Both the position numbers and the translations under genes were made by a program. A stretch of 63,853 nt of DNA, the filler included, from Octopus bimaculoides (taxonomy: Eukaryota), in the NCBI RefSeq assembly GCF_001194135.2. It is 5 parts of 5 records of this genome, joined end to end, with 100 filler letters (N's around TTAATTAATTAA, not from the genome) between each part and the next. Parts side by side here need not be neighbours in the genome. Positions count along the whole stretch, not along the records: positions 1 to 30,438 come from NC_068985.1; positions 30,539 to 55,172 come from NC_068982.1; 3 more parts are not named here. One strand, 5' to 3'. The notes beneath the pieces were generated by a model. It was not told the DNA's origin. It saw only the letters and a list, made by a program, of their open reading frames with translations, and searched no databases. Below, in pieces: positions 25,419 through 38,879 of this stretch. Within the stretch, counting starts at the first letter, position 1; every line of letters begins with the position of its first letter.

Positions 25419-26546
25419 CTAGTAATTCTGCTAGCAACTAGGCATTCTCTGTTGGAGTGAAGAGAAGATTGTGTGATGATTGGGTCTTGTGTGATAGTGA
25501 AACATAGGAAATGGATGCGGAGTATGTGTGAAAGCTAGAAGGAATGAAGTAGGCTTATTCTATTGCTGCCACTATCACCGGCACCATCACCGCCACAGCC
25601 ACCACTGCCACCACCACCACCACCACCTGTGATGAAACCTGGGTATAAGAGAAATTAATGTTGTGTGTAAGAGAGAAGACAGCACTGGTATGGACGTGTG
25701 ATACATATAAAATACACTCTTTATACACTGCAATAGGGTGGGTATTTAGCTACAGAAAATGAGTGTTTCAGTGAGATATGGTCCTGCAACCTACATAGGA
25801 GGTAGTAACTCTGAATAAGAGCTGACTCAGACCATGACGACATGCTTATATCAATCTACTTGTTTGTAAATTCATCAGTCATCTTATTGCTCAGCTATCA
25901 ATCTACATACATATGTGCACACACATGTGCATGTGTGTATACACACACACACAAATTGACATACATCCATTCATATAATGAAAAACAAAATGAGGTAAAA
26001 AAAAGAAAAATCAAAATATAACAGTGCAATACATAAAAAAATAAACAAAAACATTATAAAGTCAATATATACAAAAATATATATCATATAATGAAATATA
26101 ATAAATTTAGAACATAGCATAAAATACAACATATATCTCCATTTTTTTTTAGTCTCTCGATCTGTTTTCTCTCCTCATTCCTTTCTGTAAAAGACCGTAA
26201 GCTCGAAATGTCAAAGACTCTTCCATTTTTCCTAAGCATCAAACTGTTACATCATGTTTGTTGTTCTCTCACTTATCTCTGTCGTTTGTTTATTGTATAG
26301 TTTTGAACCACACACACACACACATAGGGAGAGAAGAGAGAGAGAGAGAGAATAGGTGAGAGCTAGATATGCTCAGTATAGAAAATACATAGTAGTGTTC
26401 AAATGGATTTGAACTTAAACTCTTCATCCAGGACCAGGTTCACATATAGACACAAATATCTAAATGTAGATATACGTATCCATATGTATCTCTCTCTTTC
26501 TCTCTTTAACCCTCTCTCTCACACTCTTCCCCTTCTCCCTCTCTCT

Positions 26547-26595
<49 letters not shown>

Positions 26596-26609
26596 CAACA
26601 GTGTGTGAG

Positions 26610-27075
26610 CGTCTCGAGAGAAAAGTTGGGCATAAGAGGCATCAGTTGTAGTGTGCAAGAGAAACAACTGTGCTGGTATGGCCATGTGATGTGTATGGAT
26701 GAAGACAGCTTTGTAAAGAATTGCCAATCTCTAACTGTGGAGGGAACCTGTGGAAGAGGTAAACTCAAGAAGACATAGGACGAGGTGGTGAAACATGATT
26801 TTCAAATGTTGGGCCTTACGGAGGTGATGGCAAGTAACCGAGACCTTTGGTGATATGCTGTACTTGAGAAGACTTATCAAGCCAAGTGAAGTTGTAGTCA
26901 TGGCCATTGCTGGTGTCACGTAAAAAGCATCCATTACACTCTTGGAGTGGTTGGTATTAGGAAGGGGATCCAGCTGTAGAAACCATGTCAAATCCGACTG
27001 GGATTCTGGCTTACCAGTTCCAGTCAAACTGTCTAACCCATGCCAGCATGGAAAACAGATGCTAAATGACGATGA
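26610..27075 (+). mobile_element. RTE LINE 3' end
   Basis: KQLCWYGHVMCMDEDSFVKNC...EGTCGRGKLKKT followed by the shared 3' tail and (GAT)n. Confidence 0.85.
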
Positions 27076-27089
27076 TTGCAGAATCTTTA

Positions 27090-28025
27090 GACACTAAATG
27101 ATGATTTTTATTGCGGAATCTTTAGCAGAATTGGAGAAGAAATTCCAGGCATGGAAAAAAAACTTTGAATCAAAGGGTATTAAAGTTAACCTAGTAAAGA
27201 CCAAAGTTGTTGTTAGCAAGAAAGAAGATAAAACTCTCTTTCCATCAGGTAAATGGCCCTGCTCAATATGTAGGAAAGGAGTTGGAAGAAATTCCATTCG
27301 CTGCACTCAGTGTAAGCTATGGACACATAAGAAGCGCAGTGGAATGACAAGTAGATTAACAGATAAAGTTGTCTTTGTATGTGACAGATGTGCAGGAGCA
27401 ATAAGCACTTAGATTCTCTCAAACGCCCAAAAGGCACTCTTGAGGTTGTAAATAGTTTCTGTTACCTAGGTGACCAAATTAGCAATGATGGAGGATGTTC
27501 TGAAAGTATTGTTTCTAGAATAAGAATAGGAAGGAGGAAGTTCAGAGAGCTATAACCTCTGTTGGTAACAAAAGGACACTTTCTCAGAGGGAAAGGTAGA
27601 CTGTATGATGCTTGTGTGTGAACAGCTATACTCCATGGTAGTGAGACATGGGTTCTGAATGCAGAAGACATGCATAGACTGGAGAGAAACGAAGGTAGTA
27701 TGCTCTGTTGGATTTGCGACATCAGTGTGCATGTACATCACAGTGCAAATGTATTGAGAAAAAAGAGGAATTAAATGTAGCATGCAAGAGAGAAGGCTAC
27801 ATTGGTTTGGACAAGTGATGCATATGAATGAGGACAGCCGCATAAAGAAGTGCTGATCACTGAAAGTGGATGGTACCCACAGAAGAGGGAGACCCAGAAA
27901 GACATGGGGTGAAGTAGTAAGGACTAATGTCAGGATGTTGGGCCGCATGGAGGAAATGACAATGGACTGAGATGTCTGGCAATATGAGGTTCTTGAGAAG
28001 ACACACCCACATCAGCAAAACTGAG
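27090..28025 (+). mobile_element. RTE LINE RT C-terminal half with PHD-like finger
   Basis: IAESLAELEKKFQAWK...KVNLVKTKVVVS...WPCSICRKGVGRNSIRCTQCKLWTHK..SG...VCDRC, then F.YLGDQ, LHGSETW and GRPRKTW in shifted frames. Confidence 0.9.
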
Positions 28026-29747
28026 TTCTAGAAGGGCTGTGTTCCACCCACACATAACAAGAAAACTTTTCATACACTTTTTACAACAACCCAAACTATA
28101 TCTCTACATCTCTTTTCTTCCTCACATTTCCTCTTTCATGTACTATGCTTACTTCCCACTCCCCAATCCTATCCCCTTGGCCCTGTTTCACTGTATCATT
28201 GCTATCCACTAGCCCCTGACCTATGTGTTCCACCCACACATTACAAGAAAACTTTTCACACACCCTACCCCAAGAAACCAACAGATCTCTTCTCTTCCTC
28301 ACATTCCCTCCTTCATGCACTATGGTTACCTATCACTCCTCACAGTTCTGTTTTTCTGTATCATTGCCATCTGGTAGTCCAACACTCCTATATACCCAGG
28401 TTTTCACCACTCACTGCATTCCCCTTCCCCACTCTCTACTTATGCTTCTTTGGCAATGTCCTACCACTTATATTATGACCTTCGAACCTCAAGGGTATGA
28501 CCTGGCACTTGCTATCATTTATCTCTCTCATCTTGATCATCCCATTTATATCATTATCCCCGTCCCTTGTGAGTATGCCCAGCACTTTGCTGCCACCATC
28601 TCTATCCTGCTGCCTCCCACTCACTCTCTCTCTCCTTCTCCTGTTCTTCCCTTAGGTTGGGTAAACCGTGTATCTCCTTTACAGCAGCACACCTGATTCT
28701 GTCCTCATTCCTGATCTCTCAATCTCTCTCCAACCAGGTAACCTTGTACCTCCGCTACAACAAGACACCTGTTTCTGTCTCTGTCTCACTATAACCTTGC
28801 ATCATCTGACACAAGATCACCTCCTCCAATGCCCCTCCACTCTCAAAAGATTTTGTCTTACAAGTTACTTAGTGACCCTATCAGTGCAGGGGTCACTTAA
28901 AAAGCATCCAGTCCACACTGTAAAGTGGCTGGCATTAAGAAGGGCATCCAGCTGTAAAAACCTTGCCAGAATTGACCTCGCATGTGCTTGTGTCACATAA
29001 AAGGCATGCAGGCCCCTCTGCTGGATAGTTGGTGCTAAGAAGGGCATCTAGTTATGAAAACCCTGCCAAAACAGACACAGAAGTCAAGTGCAGGCTTCCG
29101 CCTGGCTGGCTCCTGTCGAACCATCCCACCTATGCCAGCATGGAAGGTGGATATTAAACAATGATGATGATGATGAAATATACATGATACAGTTAGCAGT
29201 GAGAGAGTGATATGATTAGATAAGCCGCAGCACCAGAGCAGAGAAGAGAGACAGTCATCAACTACTACTCATCTCTTATCATGTGGTGCCACCTGGACTC
29301 CATCACCACTATTTCTCTCCTTGGGTTACCACATTATTCTCACTCTTTCTCCTAAATGTGAGTAGACATGTAGCTCTTCTACAACATGAATCTGTTCAAC
29401 CCCAACCTCTTCTCTCACTCTCATACCTTAACCCCTATCAAACATAAGGATGCCCAACACCACCACCACCATTGTCACCATCACCGCCACTGCTGCCACT
29501 GCTGCCATTGCCACCACCACTATTCCTTGGGTTTTGTAGGTTTGAAAGCTGTATGGTGACCTCAATAGTGTTGGTGGCATGAAAAAGCACCCAGAATACA
29601 TTGATGGGTGTTAGGAAGGACATTCAACCAGAAAAACCATGTCATAGCAGACATTGGAACACAATGTAGTCTTTGGACCCATTAGATCAAACTGTTCAAC
29701 CCATGCCAGCATGGAACATGGATGTTGTGCATATATATATATATATA

Positions 29748-29780
<33 letters not shown>

Positions 29781-29840
29781 ACATATGTAATTTTCATATA
29801 CATATAAAGAATCATATACACACATATAGGTAAATATTAA

Positions 29841-30272
29841 GGCATAACTACAGGGTTTTACCCCCCAGACTTTGGGAGGTCATAACTTTCAGAAAAATGN
29901 NNNNNNNNNGAAATTCCAACAGAGTCCACTTAAATTCTTCTTAACTTCCAGGAAAATTAATATTTTTTCGTGAAATTTTCTACAAATATACCTTGATGTA
30001 TGTACATTTCGGGCATGTAGGAATTTTGAAGGAAACAACTGCAGGTTATTTTTGAGAAGCGTTCCCCACTCAGTGGTGTTTCGGAGCAAGTCCTCCATAT
30101 TTGTTTCATTTTTCTCTATTATGTGCGTATGTGCATCCGTAGATTTCTAGACAGCGAAGAGAAGCCGTCATAAGAAAACTTTCGTTAAAAATAACATGCA
30201 CACGATATTTTTTTTCTCAATAGAAGTAAATTCCAACCCAAAGTCTGGGGGGTAAAACCCTGTAGTTATGCC
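29841..30272. mobile_element. MITE with ~38-bp TIRs and an 8-bp TSD (Merlin/MULE/P-like; superfamily unresolved)
   Basis: ggcataactacagggttttaccccccagactttggg / cccaaagtctggggggtaaaaccctgtagttatgcc, with aatattaa on both flanks. Confidence 0.85.
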
Positions 30273-30538
30273 AATATTAAATGGGTACACAGATAAAAAT
30301 GCAAATAGATGGATACAACAGGTGTAAGCTAGATATGCTAAGTATAGGAAACGTAGTAAAAGGACAGATTAAAATAGATATAGACAGATACTTAGATAAT
30401 CAGATATACATGCATACGCATATATATATATATATATANNNNNNNNNNNNNNNNNNNNNNNNNNNNNNNNNNNNNNNNNNNNTTAATTAATTAANNNNNN
30501 NNNNNNNNNNNNNNNNNNNNNNNNNNNNNNNNNNNNNN

Positions 30539-30892
30539 GAGGGTTCCAGTTGATCCGATCAACGGAGCAGCTTGCTCGTGAAATTAACGTGCAAGTGGCT
30601 GAGCACTCCACAGACATGTGTACCCTTAACGTAGTTCTCGGGGATATTCAGCGTGACACAGTGTGACAAGGCTGAACCTTTGAATTACAGGCACAACAGA
30701 AACAGGAAGTAAGAGTGAGAGAAAGTTGTGGTGAAAGAGTACAGCAGGGTTTGCCACCATCCCCTGCTGGAGCCTCGTGGAGCTTTAGGTGTTTTCACTC
30801 AATAAACACTCACAACGCCCGGTCTGGGAATCAAAACCGCGATCCTATGACGACGAGTCCGCTGCCCTAACCACTGGGCCATTGCGCCTCCA
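30539..30892 (-). mobile_element. SINE family C
   Basis: Closely matches 25031-25418; the 3' tail is lost in a gap. Confidence 0.9.
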
Positions 30893-31589
30893 CATTGAAA
30901 CATAATCACATAAACATTATGCACAATCTGGCAATAAAGGAACCTTTACATGGTCATATTTTTTTCTTGAACCCTCAGACTCATAAGACTAGTTACCTGG
31001 TTTCCATGGTATGTAAGTGAACAAGATCACAATATTCCCTTGATGGGGTTGCTGTTCTATTGCAGGGTTCAAAGCTTGCAATTTTAGCAAGCAGGGTCAA
31101 GTTAGATACATCGACCCTAATACCTGACTGGTACTTTATTTTATTGACTTTGAAGGGATGAAAAGCAAAGTTGACTGAGGTAAAAAAAAAAAAGGGGGGG
31201 GGCTAGTTTCCAAGTTTCCATGGCATATAAAAATTTCCATAGCATATAAATTCCCTACCTGGATGGGAGACCAGTCCATTGCAGAATTACTCATTTTTGC
31301 CAGCTGAGAAGCTGGGAACAAAGTGAAATGAAGTGTTTTGCTCAAGAACACAATGCACCACCCAGTCCAGGAATCAAAACTGCAATCTCACAGTCATGAA
31401 TCTAACACCCTAACCACTTAGCCACACAACTCCAAAAAGTTGACTAAGGTGGGATTTGAACTTAGAACATAAAGAGTCAGACGAAATGCTGCCTGCTTAC
31501 CACCTTATATGATCATTTAATCTGATAGAATAGTAACAAACAACCATCAAATCAGACCCTAACATTTAAAAAAATAAAAATTATTCAAT

Positions 31590-31995
31590 ATGATTCCAGG
31601 TTCAGTCCCACTGCATGACACCTTGGGCAAGTGTCTTCTACTATAGCCTCAGGCTAACCAAAGCCATGTGAGAACATTTGGTAGGCAGAAACTGAAAGAA
31701 GCTAGTCATATATATATGTATGCGCTTGTGTGTGAGTGTGTGTGTGTGTATGTGTGAATGCGTGTGTGTGTCTCTGTGTGTGTGTGTATATCTCCCATCA
31801 CTGCTTGACAATTGACAACTGGTGTTGGTGTGTTTACATCCCCGTAACTAAGTGGTTTAGCAAAGAGGCTAATACAATAAGTACGAGATTTAAATGAAAA
31901 TAAGTATTGGGATCGATTCAGTCAACAAAACTTCTTCAAAGTGGTACTCCAGCATAGCCATAGTCTAATGATTGAAACCAGTAAAAGATTAAAAG
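31590..31995 (+). mobile_element. SINE family A with expanded internal (TG)n
   Basis: ttccaggttcagtcccactgcatgacaccttgggcaagtgtcttctactatagcc...ctccagcatagccatag. Confidence 0.8.
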
Positions 31996-32967
31996 GTTAA
32001 TAGCTCTAGTTAAACTGACTGAATTAAAGGCTGGAGGATCAGGTTAAAATGCTTTCGATCAGAGGTCTACTTATTTGGAGCTTACCTAGGGTTGAATAAC
32101 CACAATGACAACAACAACAGTGATAACAGAAATAAAACAGCAACAACAGAAATAAAACTCATCATCAAGAAATTAAAGAGGGAAATAAGGGAAATGAACT
32201 AAAGAAAATATAAAAATTAGCAAACATTTTCATTTGTATCCAACAAAAAACAAAATAAACAATAAAACACTAAACAAAGTAATTAGTAACTAGTAATTAG
32301 CAAATAAGCCACAAAATACACAAATAATCATTATACAAAGTAATTAGCAATATATGAAAAACACTGTAACCTCTTATTACACAAATCAATAATAAGGAAT
32401 CAATGAAGGGGAACTGCTATGACCTAGAAATGATAACAAAATCTTCCTCAAATTACACTTTATTCATTTCATTCATTCATTCATTCACTTTTTTTGAAGA
32501 CTATTTTTCCATGCAGCAGGGATTCAACAGAAACATATTGTTAATACTTCCTATATTCTTCCTTCTATTCGTTAATGTTTTTAATGCCAACCTGCCTGAG
32601 ACTGCCTCTGGTTCTATGACACAAACTTCCTGTTTTAGAGTGATCAACATTAAAGTTTTCCAACAAAAGTTCATGTTAATTTATGTTCCAAACGCCAGGT
32701 TAACAACAGTTTCAAATTTGGGCACAAGGTCAGCAATTTTAGGGTAGGTGCTAAGTCAGTTACATCAACTCCAGTGGAGTACTTATTTTATCAACCCCCA
32801 AAAGGATGAAAGGCAAAGTCAAATTCAGTAGGATTTAGACACAGAATATAACAAGTCAGAACACCAGGTTAATAATGACAAGGTTATTTTACTGCATCAT
32901 TCATTATTTTGAAAATTAATTGAAACATATTAAAACATATTTCAACTGAAATATGGTATTTTAATTA

Positions 32968-33230
32968 TCTATATACATATAAAGATGAGAATGTGTGTCT
33001 GTTTGTGTGTGTGTCTCTGTCTGTGTGAATCCCTAAAACTCAAGAACTACACAACCGATTTCGTTCAAATTTTATACATGCCTTACTTAGGGTCCATGCA
33101 GTGTCATGGGCCAAAAAATTTTCGACTTCTTGCCTAATGCGAGCCCAGAGCAATCTCTTATTTCTTACACTATTTCAGTATTATGTCTCTATTGTAATGT
33201 GAGATAATACTTTCAGTTTGAAAGAAGCCT
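32968..33230 (+). mobile_element. Non-autonomous Helitron-like 5' end
   Basis: Starts tctatatacatataaagatgagaatgtgtgtctg. A second copy lies at 37790-37970, and a RepHel fragment lies between them. Confidence 0.5.
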
Positions 33231-33707
33231 GTCCTATATATATATATTCCTTATGCATTCCAAGACTGAGTTACCGATTTTGACGTATGGGGTATCAAAA
33301 GATTCAGTACTATTTCAGCTACAAACTAAACTTAATTTTCATTCACATATTTGCATTTCAAAAATTTAACATTATAATCTTTTCTATAAATCAACTATCA
33401 TAAACACTTTATATGACAACGACGATGACGTCACATTTTCTGTATGTGTATGTATCTTCAAAGACATCAATCATCATGACACACACCTTCACTCACTCAC
33501 TCTATCTCTCTCTTCCTTTCTCTCTCTCACGCACACACACGTGCACGCACGCACGCACACACACACACGCGTCCATTTCATATGGCGACAGAAAACAAGT
33601 TTATATAGAAGATGAAAGACAGGGATATCGGGTGACAGAGAAATGCTGATGTTTCATACCTTATGTATGTTCTAAAAGTGAGAGAGAGAGAGAGTTTATG
33701 TGTGTGT

Positions 33708-33743
<36 letters not shown>

Positions 33744-34679
33744 GTGTGCGTGTGTGTGCGTGTGTGTGCGTGTGTGTGCACCTATGTTCCTTACGCATTT
33801 GGAAATTGGGTTGCCCATTCTCACATATGGGGTATCAAAATATTCAGTAATTTTTTGGCCACTAAATATATTATATTTCCATTTACATATATTCTACATT
33901 ATCTCAACAACCAGCTATAGTTATTTGAAAGATACTTCTCTACAACGACCTGGTTTCATTAAAAAGTGAAAATAGTTTCACACTTTCAATTTCAACCAAA
34001 ATTACAAAATGTTGCATTATGAGAGTGACGATGTTTCAGTAATGAGAGTAATGTTTCACCGAATTAGCCACATTTGTACTGTAATAAAGAAAGCTGCTTA
34101 TCATCTATAATGTGATAAAGCTAGTATTGTTTCACTTTGAATTTTAATATGATAACATTAAGATCATCTTATTTCTATTATATTTGAAATAAATGAATAA
34201 TCTATATCCTAATGTGAACAACATTACGCATCGGCAACTTTCTGTCTTTACGGCCACCACAGCAGAATGGTGCGTTAGTGTATGTGTTGACTGACATAAC
34301 AAACGGCTGGAGGTGAAAATCTCGACAAAAAAACAATGAGGTGGCAGGTCCAAGGTATATAAAAATACACAATTACCATTCAATTACCAGTTAATCATTA
34401 CTGCAGCAGTTGCAGGTTGCAAGGTATTTGCAGTTACATATTTACCCTTAAATTAACATTTAATACATGTACTTTATTTATATATATATATATATATNNN
34501 NNNNNNNNNNNNNNNNNNNNNNNNNNNNNNNNNNNNNNNNNNNNNNNNNNNNNNNNNNNNNNNNNNNNNNNNNNNNNNNNNNNNNNNNNNNNNNNNNNNN
34601 NNNNNNNNNNNNNNNNNNNNNNNNNNNNNNNNNNNNNNNNNNNNNNNNNNNNNNNNNNNNNNNNNNNNNNNNNNNNNNN

Positions 34680-35124
34680 CCTTTGTTTATTTCTTATGAA
34701 TAACTTGCAAATCTACGTATAAAAATATTAAAATATATATGAAAGTCTCAGTGTTGCTAGTTTAGAGAATTTAGACTTGGTCGGTATTTTCTTACAAAAA
34801 ATATTTCTTTGCTAATGCGTTCATTTTGGCTAGCATTGTCTTTGAATTTGGGATCAAAATTAGGATCCCAGAAAATAGGAAAATATCTCTCAGCCAGCAC
34901 ATCGACGAATGTGCTTACAACAAATTTCCCAAATTCCCAACGTTTCCTCTATACAAATTCAAAGACAATGCTAGCCAAAATGAACGCATTAGCAAAGAAA
35001 TATTTTTTGTAAGAAAATACCGACCAAGTCTAAATTCTCTAAACTAGCAACACTGAGACTTTCATATATATTTTAATATTTTTATACGTAGATTTGCAAG
35101 TTATTCATAAGAAATAAACAAAGG
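34680..35124 (+). mobile_element. Penelope-like GIY-YIG 3' fragment with an inverted 5' duplication
   Basis: The plus frame encodes RKISLSQHIDECAYNKFPKFPTFPLYKFK...KEIFFVRKYRPSLN*, homologous to 51250-51420. 34680-34850 is the reverse complement of 34954-35124. Confidence 0.75.
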
Positions 35125-35798
35125 GGATCGAAGAACCCGATTTCTATTAAAACCATAGGGGGAACAACTTCACCACGACGACTACCACCACTACTACTAC
35201 TATTGTTATTATCATGACTGCAGCTAGTTATTCGACAGCTACAACCACTCCCAGAATTCCTGACCACTATTTAATTTACTAAAACAGATAGTAGTAATCT
35301 ACTAAAAGAACAAGTTGGAATTACCATGTTCAAGGAAAGGAGCACGTGCGCATGCAAGAGATAACAGTAAACTATGAATGTCATTTTTAATTTTATTTTA
35401 TTAATAGCCCTTTTCTCTTCTCACATATTTATACTCATTTTTGATAAGGTTTTTCAAAAAAACCGAAACATGTAAAATAATTAAAACACCCAAAAATGTT
35501 TTTAAAAAGTGGCATTTTCATTTTTATTCATTTTCAATATCTACTTACTCGTGTAGTATTTTTACAAATCTTTTCAAATATATATATATATATATATATT
35601 AAGAAATTTATCTATAATAATTATTATTGTGGCATTTATTGTTAATTTAGCAGTTCATACATGTGCTTCTCTTTGGTTAATTTATATTGCATACAAAAAA
35701 AAGTATACTACATACATACAACTGCTTACAAAAATAAGGATTAATGTGTAATTTTTTTCTATGTTCATAATTCTTTGTTTACAATATTGAAAAAAATA

Positions 35799-36560
35799 TG
35801 CCACCAAAGAAAGGACGTAATCTCTCCAGAAACAAGTATAAAGCAAGAAGGATTGTAGAGAACTGAAGGCAAGAGTCTGAAGAGAGAATCAAGATAATAT
35901 TTTCTCAATAACTATTTGACGTGCTGCAGCACGTCAAATAGAGTCTCAAGAGAGAAAAGAGATGAGACTTTCCCAAGATCAGCAAATGCATGCTGCAGCA
36001 CTTAATGCTGGATCATTAAGTCAATGTTTAATGATTAGACAGCAGTCCAATAGAATAGTTCTCAGAAACAGACTACGTACAAATTCATTCTTCACAACTC
36101 CCGGAGCTGCTTTCAGATATGATCCATCCAATTCTTATAAAAATGATAACTCAGTCCAAATTGGTATGCTGAACACAAATTGCCATTTCTGTAGAGCTTT
36201 AAAATTTTCTAATGAAACAAATGCATGTGCTGCTGAGGTGGTTAGGTAAGATTTCCAGCACTTCCATCTCCTCCTCAACCTCTTATAGATCTTCTACAAG
36301 GCACTTCCATCTAGTCAAAGCATTTCCTGAACAATATCAGACAATACAAATGACATCGTTCACCGCATCTCGGAAGATAGTTAAACATGAATTTACACCG
36401 ACTTCAAAGTTCAATGTCAAGTCTATCCCCTCATTGGTTCCCTGTTAACCACAAATGAACAACTACAGTTCCTCCAAATTTACTTTATGAGTGATGTAGG
36501 ACAACAAACCCAAAGGAGGTGTCAAAATTTCAGACGATGGATCATGTTAGACACAGCGCA
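35799..36560 (+). mobile_element. Helitron RepHel N-terminal pseudogene fragment
   Basis: GAAFRYDP...VQIGMLNTNCHFCRALKFSNE..C and FKVQCQVYPLIGSLL...EQLQFLQIYF motifs, with frameshifts. Confidence 0.8.
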
Positions 36561-36825
36561 GACTGCTGCAAAAGAGAGTATATCCACTGACAGCTTTTCA
36601 GTGCATTCAGAAATCACATAACTCCCATCCCCAATTTTTCAAGACAGGTTAGGGCCTGGAATAATCCAAATGGACCCATAGCATATCGCTTAGTCGAATT
36701 AGCCCATCATTTACGCCACAAATGTTTCCCATATCACCTGTTTCAACATAACTGTAATATGATATATACAAACTATGTCATTTTAATCCCAAGCAACACC
36801 AGGTATCTCTGCTAGTTATCATTAA

Positions 36826-37245
36826 AGCTGCGAGCTGACAGAATTGTTAGCATGCCAGGCAAAATGCTTAGTGGTATTTTGTCCGTTGCTATGTTCTGAG
36901 TTCCAATTCTGCTGAATCGATTTACCTTTCATCTTTTCGTGGTTGGTAAATTAAGTACCAATGAAATGCTAGGATTGATGCAATTGATTAGTTCCCTCCT
37001 CCAAAATGGTTGTCTTGTGGGAAAATTTGAAACCATTATTATTATTATTATTATTAGTGTTAAGGTGGTGGGTCAGTAGAATCATTAGGAAGTATTTGTA
37101 CCAGCTCTTTACATTCTGGGTTCAAATCCCACTTTGCCTTTCATCTCCACACAGTCAATAAAATAAAACACCCGTCAAGTACAAGAGTCAATGATCTCAA
37201 TTAACCCCTGCTCCAAAATTTCAGGCCTTACCCTTATGTTAAAAA
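36826..37245 (+). mobile_element. Two tandem SINE family B copies separated by (ATT)n
   Basis: gcgagctgacagaattgttagcatg...cctttcatcttttcg, then a second degenerate head ggtgggtcagtagaatcattagg. Confidence 0.65.
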
Positions 37246-38879
37246 TGATACCTGCTTCTGCTGTTTTTGTTTTAGTAATTGTTTGTATTATAGTAATAAG
37301 ATTTTATTGAGAATATGTGCTATGGTGCTATATGCTATGTAATGTCTTTTTTTATAAACTGCCACCACTTCATGTCTAATTCTTTAAACTAATGTTCTTT
37401 AAGAAGTTTTTTGTAAGTAGATTATTAGTCTTGTGCTATCATCAGCTTTTTAATTTTGAAATCTAGAGAGAATAGAAGGAATCTTGCTGGTCAATGTTTG
37501 ACTCTTGGAACACATGCAAAAGTTTATCTTACTTTTCTATTTCAACATATTTTTATTCCATTTTTTCTAGTACTTTCTTTTACTTTAATCTTGGCTCTTC
37601 CTTCGAGGATTCTCAGTCCTCTCTCCTTAAATTTCTCAAGTTTCATCATGTATTCATCAATATACCAAAATGATAGAGATAGTTCTTTAATACTTTCTAT
37701 GTTCCACAATTATTTGTTCCCAATTTGTTTTTTACACAGTGATAAGCACAAATAAAACAACTGTGCGATTAGTTATAAATGTCTCTTTTATCTAAATATA
37801 TAAATCTGAGAATGTGTGTCTGTCTGTCTGTGCGAATCCCTAAAACTCGAGAACTACGCAACCAATTTCATTCAAATTTTACACATACATTACATACGGT
37901 CCATGGAGTGTCATGGGCCAAAATAGTTTTCAACTTCTTACCTAATGCGGCTCGGAGCAATTTTTGACACTGGTTCACTATTACATGTCAAAAGTGAAAG
38001 AATAACATCTGTTTCATTTTTATTCTTCTGGTTCATAACAATATTTCACTTTCATTGCAAATTTACGGTTTCTTATTAACACATTAAAATGACATTGAAA
38101 TGATGTATAAACGGCTCCTTCCCACAGAAAAGGAAAGATTTGGCTGTTATTTCTACCAAGCCTTGCTACCACGTAACAGCTTTTTGCGATAATAGCATGT
38201 CATTCTTAAATTAACATTCATTTTGTTTGTGATTTGAAACAGATTCACAAATTTTCCTCCAAGTAAATAACTTCACCGTTCTGTTGTGTCTGGAGAGAGT
38301 CATTCTCTTTTGGTGCCTTATAATTTCATCGTTCTGTTATTGAATAATGCAAGTTGACACTTCGTTACATTTAACGCATGGTTTTGTCACGTTTGATTGA
38401 TGCGTTTCCACTTCATCTATAACCTTTTCAGGTTACCTAGAGTTTACAAAAACAAACCGAGTTATTAACCCTTACATTAACATTTAATATTGTGCTTCCA
38501 TCATTCATTCCCGAACAACCTGTATGGTGTACAGTTGTTTCCCATTCAACAACTTCTGTCCAACAAGACAGAATGTAGCTCCACTCGTCTTATTTTATGG
38601 AGTCATTCATATCGATTCATTTCAACAACCCTTATAATTGATGATAACACCGTTACATAGCAATACTGATCAAGTAAAACCCATTCATTCATTCTGCTGA
38701 ATTCGGTATGTAACCTTTTTCATTTGTAGCTTGGATAAATTTTGATAAATGCACCCACACGCAGTGAACTTCTAATATGCCACAAACCTCCTATTTTTCT
38801 TCAGAAACAAAGGAAGAGTTGTGGTGGGGGACCTCAGATTTTCTCCCGAAAGTCCGAGGTCCCACACCACATAAACGGG

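Larger units (their letters stand above)
22760..25560 (+). mobile_element. Long, heavily decayed RTE LINE (APE endonuclease plus RT) interrupted by two SINEs
   Basis: Endonuclease motif IIMNGDYNADVG at ~22865 and a GVHxGS-like RT motif at ~24170. The PHD-like remnant lies at ~24750-24870 and the LEVEDSFC region at ~24920. Many stops and frameshifts. Confidence 0.7.

Noticed and set aside
30483-30494. TTAATTAATTAA flanked by N runs (also 55217, 58680, 62324)
   Set aside because: An identical all-frame-stop 12-mer centred in N padding; an assembly spacer, not biology.
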